NCBI GenBank assembly: GCA_934635225.1
Contig: CAKTYZ010000017.1
Span: forward strand, 357 to 64,356
Direction: 5' to 3'
Source of the DNA: an uncultured Kiritimatiellota bacterium
Lineage (GTDB): Bacteria > Verrucomicrobiota > Kiritimatiellia > RFP12 > UBA1067
Length of the DNA stretch: 64,000 nucleotides
Within the stretch, counting starts at the first letter, position 1. Each line of letters begins with the position of its first letter. Below are positions 59,806 to 64,000 of the stretch, one piece after another. Made by a program: the position numbers and the translations under genes. Under the pieces are notes generated by a model. That model saw only the letters and a list, made by a program, of their open reading frames with translations, was not told the DNA's origin and did not search any database.

Positions 59806-60567
59806 ATGAAGACACTTGAAGGTAAGGTTGCGTTGGTGACGGGCGCGGCGCGCGGGATTGGCGCGGCGATCGCAAAGAAGCTGGCTGAGAACGGCGCGGC
59901 TGTCGCGATTTGCGATTTGAAGGCCGAGTGGTGCGATGAGACGGTCGCGGCGCTTCAGGCGCTGGGTGTGAAGGCGAAGGGGTACGGCGTCAACGTCTCG
60001 GTGTCGGCTGAGGTCGATGCGTGCGTGAAGGGTGTCCTTGCCGATTTCGGGCGTCTCGACGTCATGGTCAACAACGCGGGCATTACGAAGGACGGGCTCC
60101 TGATGCGCATGAGCGACGACGACTGGGACGCCGTGCTGAACGTCAACCTCAAGGGCACGTTCCTCTTCACGCGCGCGGTGGCGCGCCCGATGATGAAGAA
60201 CAAGGACGCCGAGGGGAATGTGGTTGGCGGCTCGATCATCAACATCGCGTCCGTTGTCGGCATCATGGGCAACGCCGGTCAGGCGAACTATACCGCGTCG
60301 AAGGGCGGCGTCATCGCGCTCACCAAGACGACGGCGAAAGAGCTTGGCTCGCGCAACATCCGCTGCAACGCGGTCGCGCCGGGCTTCATTCAGTCCAAGA
60401 TGACGGACGTCCTGCCCGAGGCCGTGCGCAAGTCGTACATGGAGACGATTCCGCTTCGTCGTTTCGGCACGGTCGAGGACATTGCCAAGGCCGTCGCGTG
60501 GCTCGCGGGCGACGAGTCGGCCTATGTGACGGGGCAGGTCATCTCCGTCAACGGCGGCATGATCTGA
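59806..60567 (+). CDS. fabG: 3-oxoacyl-ACP reductase
   Basis: The motifs VTGAARGIGAAIA, NNAG and YTASKGG match FabG. An AAGGAG Shine-Dalgarno sequence precedes the start. Confidence 0.8.
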   Translation: MKTLEGKVALVTGAARGIGAAIAKKLAENGAAVAICDLKAEWCDETVAALQALGVKAKGYGVNVSVSAEVDACVKGVLADFGRLDVMVNNAGITKDGLLMRMSDDDWDAVLNVNLKGTFLFTRAVARPMMKNKDAEGNVVGGSIINIASVVGIMGNAGQANYTASKGGVIALTKTTAKELGSRNIRCNAVAPGFIQSKMTDVLPEAVRKSYMETIPLRRFGTVEDIAKAVAWLAGDESAYVTGQVISVNGGMI

Positions 60568-60685
60568 CGTGCAGGTTCCCTGCGGCAATCCCCCTTGGCC
60601 GATTGCGTGGCCAAGGGGTTTGTGGGCGATGCGGCCGGGGGGAGGCCACAGTGCCCTCGATTTTTGGTATAATCCTTAGCCAATC

Positions 60686-63600
60686 ATGAAGGATAATAAG
60701 TTTTTCACGAAGCTTGACTGGGCGGCGTTCTGGACAGCCACGCTCCTGACGTTCATCGTCTATTTCTTCACGCTGGGACCGTCCGTCGGTCTAGAGGATT
60801 CGGGCGAACTCGCGACGGCTGCGGCGAATCTCGGCGTACCGCATCCGCCGGGGTATCCCTTCTGGACCTTCTGCTCATGGCTCTTCTGCAAGGCGTTCTC
60901 ATGGGTGACCTACATGGGGCATCCGACGCCTGCGTGGGCTGTTTCGCTCTGCTCGGCGACCTTCGGCGCGTTTGCCGCCGGCTGTACGGCCATGCTCATC
61001 TGCCGTTCGTCGTCTGATTTCATCGGTCGGGACGAGGAGACTCCCGACTTCCACATCCTGCGCCCCTCCGAACTCCTCTCCTTTGGCGGCGCGGTCGGCG
61101 GTGCGTTGACGTTCTCGCTTTCGCCGGTCGAGTGGTCGCAGTCCACGATTGTCGAGATTTACTCGCTCAACGCGCTCTTTCTGATGTGGGTCTTTCTGCT
61201 GTCTTACCGCTGGATGCGTCGTCCGTCGGACAAGGTCCTTTGGTTCACGGCCTTTGTCTTCGGGCTTGGCTTGACGAACTATCAGGTCCTGCTCTTCGCG
61301 ATTGTGCCGCTTGCGCTCGTGATCGCGATGCGTAACATCGGGCTCTTCCGTGACGTCTTCATCTACCTCGTCCCCGTCGGGATGACTTGGCAGGTCCTCC
61401 AGATCGGTCAGCTTGCGCGCGCGGACCGCTATATGCAGTCGAACGTGATCAACAAGCATGCGGCGCTCGTGGACAAGGCCGTTTCGGCTCCGTCCACGAC
61501 GGTTCTCGTTCTTGCGCTGGCCGTTCTTGTGGCCGCGCTTGTGGCCGCAGCGGTCCTGAAGGGGCGCGGACGGGTCGAGAATGCGGCCAAGGCCGTCCTT
61601 TATGCGGGTGGCGGCGCGGCGGCTCTGGTCTTCTTGACGTCATTCGTGTTTGTCTCGAAGAACACCTGGACGGGCGTGACGGCTGAGGTCGCGCCGCTTG
61701 TCGAGCCGACGCGCTATGCGCTGATTGCCGCGCTCTGCGCCGGTTCGGTCGTCGCGGCGGCCCTCGCCGCCCTGAAGGGGACGGATGAGGCGATTGAAGG
61801 CCTCTTCCCCCGGCTTGCGGCGCAGTTCAGCCGTGAACTGCTGGTTTCGGCGGGGTTTGCGCTGGCGGCGGTCATCGTGGCGCTGACGGTTCCGTCGGCG
61901 GGCGCGGCGGGCTATGCCGGTCCCGCGTTTCCTTGGGGGAAGTCCACGGGCATGTTTGCGCTCCTTGTCGCGCTTCTCTTCGTCCTCTCGTCGTTCACGC
62001 GACGGGGCCTCTCCTTCGCCATCCCCGTGGCGGGGCTTCATCTTGCGGTGTTTGTCCTTCTCGCGCATGGCGCGATGAATGGGCTGACGCATCCGGCCAG
62101 CTGGTGGTTCGGCTGGACTATCGCGTGGAACTTCGTCCTTTTGGCACTGGCGTGGCTGACCTTGCCGAACGGGCGCTCCGTCGCGGGCGCGGCGTTCTTC
62201 GCCCAGCTGGGCGTCTCGTTCTACGCCTACATGCCGATTGTCTCCGACCTTCGCAATCCGCCGATGAACTGGGGCTATCCGCGCACGTGGGAGGGCTTCA
62301 AGCACGCGATCATGCGCGGGCAGTACGAGGCCATCGGCGTGCCGAGCTTTCCGTCGGTCGGCGCGTTCTTCGCGTTCTTCTTCAAGCAGATGGGACACTA
62401 CTTCGGCGATGTGATGGTGCAGTTCACCGACCTGCTCGTCTTCTTCGCGCTCGTGCCGTTCGCGGTCGGGCACTGGGTCGTCGAGAAGACGCACCGCAAG
62501 ATGTTCTGGCAGTGGATGATCGCGGCGGCGGCGTGCTTCCTCATGATGTCGGGTCTCCTCATCCTCCTCGCGAATGTGAAGGGTGACGTGCAGGACGGCT
62601 TCATCCAGAAGGTGAAGTTCATCTCCTCGCACGCGATGATCGCGCTTTGGATCGGCTATGGCCTCGTCTTCGCGGCGGCCGTCGGGCTTCGCTTCTTCCA
62701 GCGCAAGGCGGCGAGCGTCCTGCCGTCGGACGGCGTCGAGCAGCGTCTTGCGAGCCGTCGGATTCGCCGGAGCGGCGGCATCGTGGTCGCCGCGTGTGTC
62801 GCGGCCCTCACGATTCTCGTCTGCGCCGTCTACCCGATCGTCCAGAACTACACGGACGAGCGGATGGTCTTCGAGCTGGGCGGCAACGAGCAGAACGGCC
62901 ATACCTTTGGCTGGCAGTTCGGGGCTTATCAGCTGGAGGGCGCGAAAGCCATCAACGACCAGATCGTTGCGGACGAGGAACCGCTTCCCGACCCGACCTA
63001 TCCGCCGGCGATGGACAAGTTCTCGATTTTCTTCGGCGGGACCGATCCGGGGCGTTTTGTGCCGACCTACATGATCTATTCGGCGAACTACCGTCCTGAC
63101 GTCTACCTCATCACGCAGAACGCCCTTGCGGACGACACCTACATGTCTGTCCAGCGAGACCTCTACGGCGACGAGATCTGGATTCCGGCGAAGGAGGATT
63201 CGGCCGAGGCGTTCAACGTCTACGTGGACGAAGTCCAGCGCGGCGTGCGCCCGGCAAACGGCGACCTGCAGATCCAGAACGGGCGCGTGCAGGTGACGGG
63301 CGCTCTTGGCGTCATGGAGATCAACGGCATCCTCACGAAGATGATGCATGACCATGACCGTCTGCGCCATTCGTTCTACGTCGAGGAGTCGTATGTCATT
63401 CCGTGGATGTACCCGTACCTCTCGCCGCATGGCCTCATCATGAAGATCAATGCGGAGAAGACTCCCTATGACGCGAAGCGTGCCGCGCAGGACCGTGATT
63501 TCTGGGACTGGTACGCGCGTCGCCTTTTGGACGACCCGATGTATCGGCGGGATTTTGCGGGGCAGAAGAGCTTCTCGAAGCTGCGCGCGGCGATTGCGGG

Positions 63601-64000
63601 CCTCTACCAGAAGCAGGGGCGGTATCTCGAGGGCGCGCAAGCGTTCCGCGAAGCCGTCCTCCTCTACCCGGCTTCCCCCGAGGCGACGTTTCGCTACGCA
63701 CAGGAGTGTCTGCTGCCGTTCAGCAAATGGGACATCGTTCTGGAGATGATGGACTACACGGACCTCATCGACCCGAACAACAAGCGCACGGCGGGGCTGA
63801 GAAGCTACGTCAACCGCATCCGCACGCTGACGGGCGAAGTCCAGCGGCTGGAGGCCAAACGGCGCGAAGGCCCCCTGTCAGACGCCGACACCTTCGGTCT
63901 CGCGACCTGCTACTATGAGATGGGGCGCACGATGGAGGCCGCGCAGCTCGTGCGCGGGTTCGTGGACAAGGTTTCTGACGCGCCGGCCCTTCAGATGCTG
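60686..64000 (+). CDS. Large polytopic membrane protein with an N-terminal DUF2723/TMEM260-like (GT-C-like) domain; it runs past the right edge of the window
   Basis: The motif GLEDSGELATAAANLGVPHPPGYPFW and many transmembrane helices are present. I did not see a stop codon in this frame before the window edge. The R-rich - strand ORF 61640-63640 is its shadow. Confidence 0.55.
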   Translation, partial: MKDNKFFTKLDWAAFWTATLLTFIVYFFTLGPSVGLEDSGELATAAANLGVPHPPGYPFWTFCSWLFCKAFSWVTYMGHPTPAWAVSLCSATFGAFAAGCTAMLICRSSSDFIGRDEETPDFHILRPSELLSFGGAVGGALTFSLSPVEWSQSTIVEIYSLNALFLMWVFLLSYRWMRRPSDKVLWFTAFVFGLGLTNYQVLLFAIVPLALVIAMRNIGLFRDVFIYLVPVGMTWQVLQIGQLARADRYMQSNVINKHAALVDKAVSAPSTTVLVLALAVLVAALVAAAVLKGRGRVENAAKAVLYAGGGAAALVFLTSFVFVSKNTWTGVTAEVAPLVEPTRYALIAALCAGSVVAAALAALKGTDEAIEGLFPRLAAQFSRELLVSAGFALAAVIVALTVPSAGAAGYAGPAFPWGKSTGMFALLVALLFVLSSFTRRGLSFAIPVAGLHLAVFVLLAHGAMNGLTHPASWWFGWTIAWNFVLLALAWLTLPNGRSVAGAAFFAQLGVSFYAYMPIVSDLRNPPMNWGYPRTWEGFKHAIMRGQYEAIGVPSFPSVGAFFAFFFKQMGHYFGDVMVQFTDLLVFFALVPFAVGHWVVEKTHRKMFWQWMIAAAACFLMMSGLLILLANVKGDVQDGFIQKVKFISSHAMIALWIGYGLVFAAAVGLRFFQRKAASVLPSDGVEQRLASRRIRRSGGIVVAACVAALTILVCAVYPIVQNYTDERMVFELGGNEQNGHTFGWQFGAYQLEGAKAINDQIVADEEPLPDPTYPPAMDKFSIFFGGTDPGRFVPTYMIYSANYRPDVYLITQNALADDTYMSVQRDLYGDEIWIPAKEDSAEAFNVYVDEVQRGVRPANGDLQIQNGRVQVTGALGVMEINGILTKMMHDHDRLRHSFYVEESYVIPWMYPYLSPHGLIMKINAEKTPYDAKRAAQDRDFWDWYARRLLDDPMYRRDFAGQKSFSKLRAAIAGLYQKQGRYLEGAQAFREAVLLYPASPEATFRYAQECLLPFSKWDIVLEMMDYTDLIDPNNKRTAGLRSYVNRIRTLTGEVQRLEAKRREGPLSDADTFGLATCYYEMGRTMEAAQLVRGFVDKVSDAPALQML

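Noticed and set aside
61640-63640. The ORF of 666 aa on the - strand, rich in Arg, Asp and Glu
   Set aside because: It has low-complexity composition typical of an antisense shadow ORF in high-GC DNA. The + strand frame encodes a coherent polytopic membrane protein (DUF2723-like).

Overview
This is a high-GC (about 62-64%) bacterial chromosomal segment, densely packed and almost entirely coded on the + strand. Most of it is core housekeeping: rpoN, nfo, gatB, gyrA, proA, hslO, alr, rseP, ispG, dapL, tsaD, murA, folB, folK, der and fabG. Interspersed are envelope and carbohydrate functions: a BspA-type leucine-rich-repeat surface protein, outer-membrane beta-barrel proteins, an MsbA-like ABC exporter, an O-antigen-ligase-like protein, a DUF1080 protein, a clan GH-D hydrolase, a CE15-like esterase, and a GH10 / XylR-like / SDR / DapA-like / MFS xylan-type locus. 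Four tRNA genes are present: Ala-GGC at 31566-31641, and an Arg-ACG / initiator Met-CAT / Pro-GGG cluster at 39866-40143. The structures that known annotation does not explain are as follows. (1) Seven exact copies of the 10-bp palindrome GAACGCGTTC, phased at exactly 22 bp, sit upstream of tRNA-Ala. (2) An alpha-2-macroglobulin/PBP1C gene pair is bracketed by tRNA genes and by a roughly 160-210 bp direct repeat that encodes the start of a decayed AT-hook protein. (3) A lower-GC islet after the tRNA cluster encodes a secreted protein built from eight tandem 'TYRDxQGR...DSSG' repeats. (4) Two unusual gene fusions are present: TsaC/YrdC fused to Maf, and thiamine pyrophosphokinase fused to HPPK/FolK. 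(5) An ECF sigma/anti-sigma pair is translationally coupled to two subunits of a Na+-pumping biotin decarboxylase, with no carboxyltransferase subunit nearby. (6) An extended -10 element (TGnTATAAT) recurs 6-14 nt upstream of start codons with no Shine-Dalgarno sequence, which suggests widespread leaderless translation. No CRISPR array, rRNA or intact mobile element was seen. All protein calls rest on motif recognition in the supplied translations, since no database search was possible.
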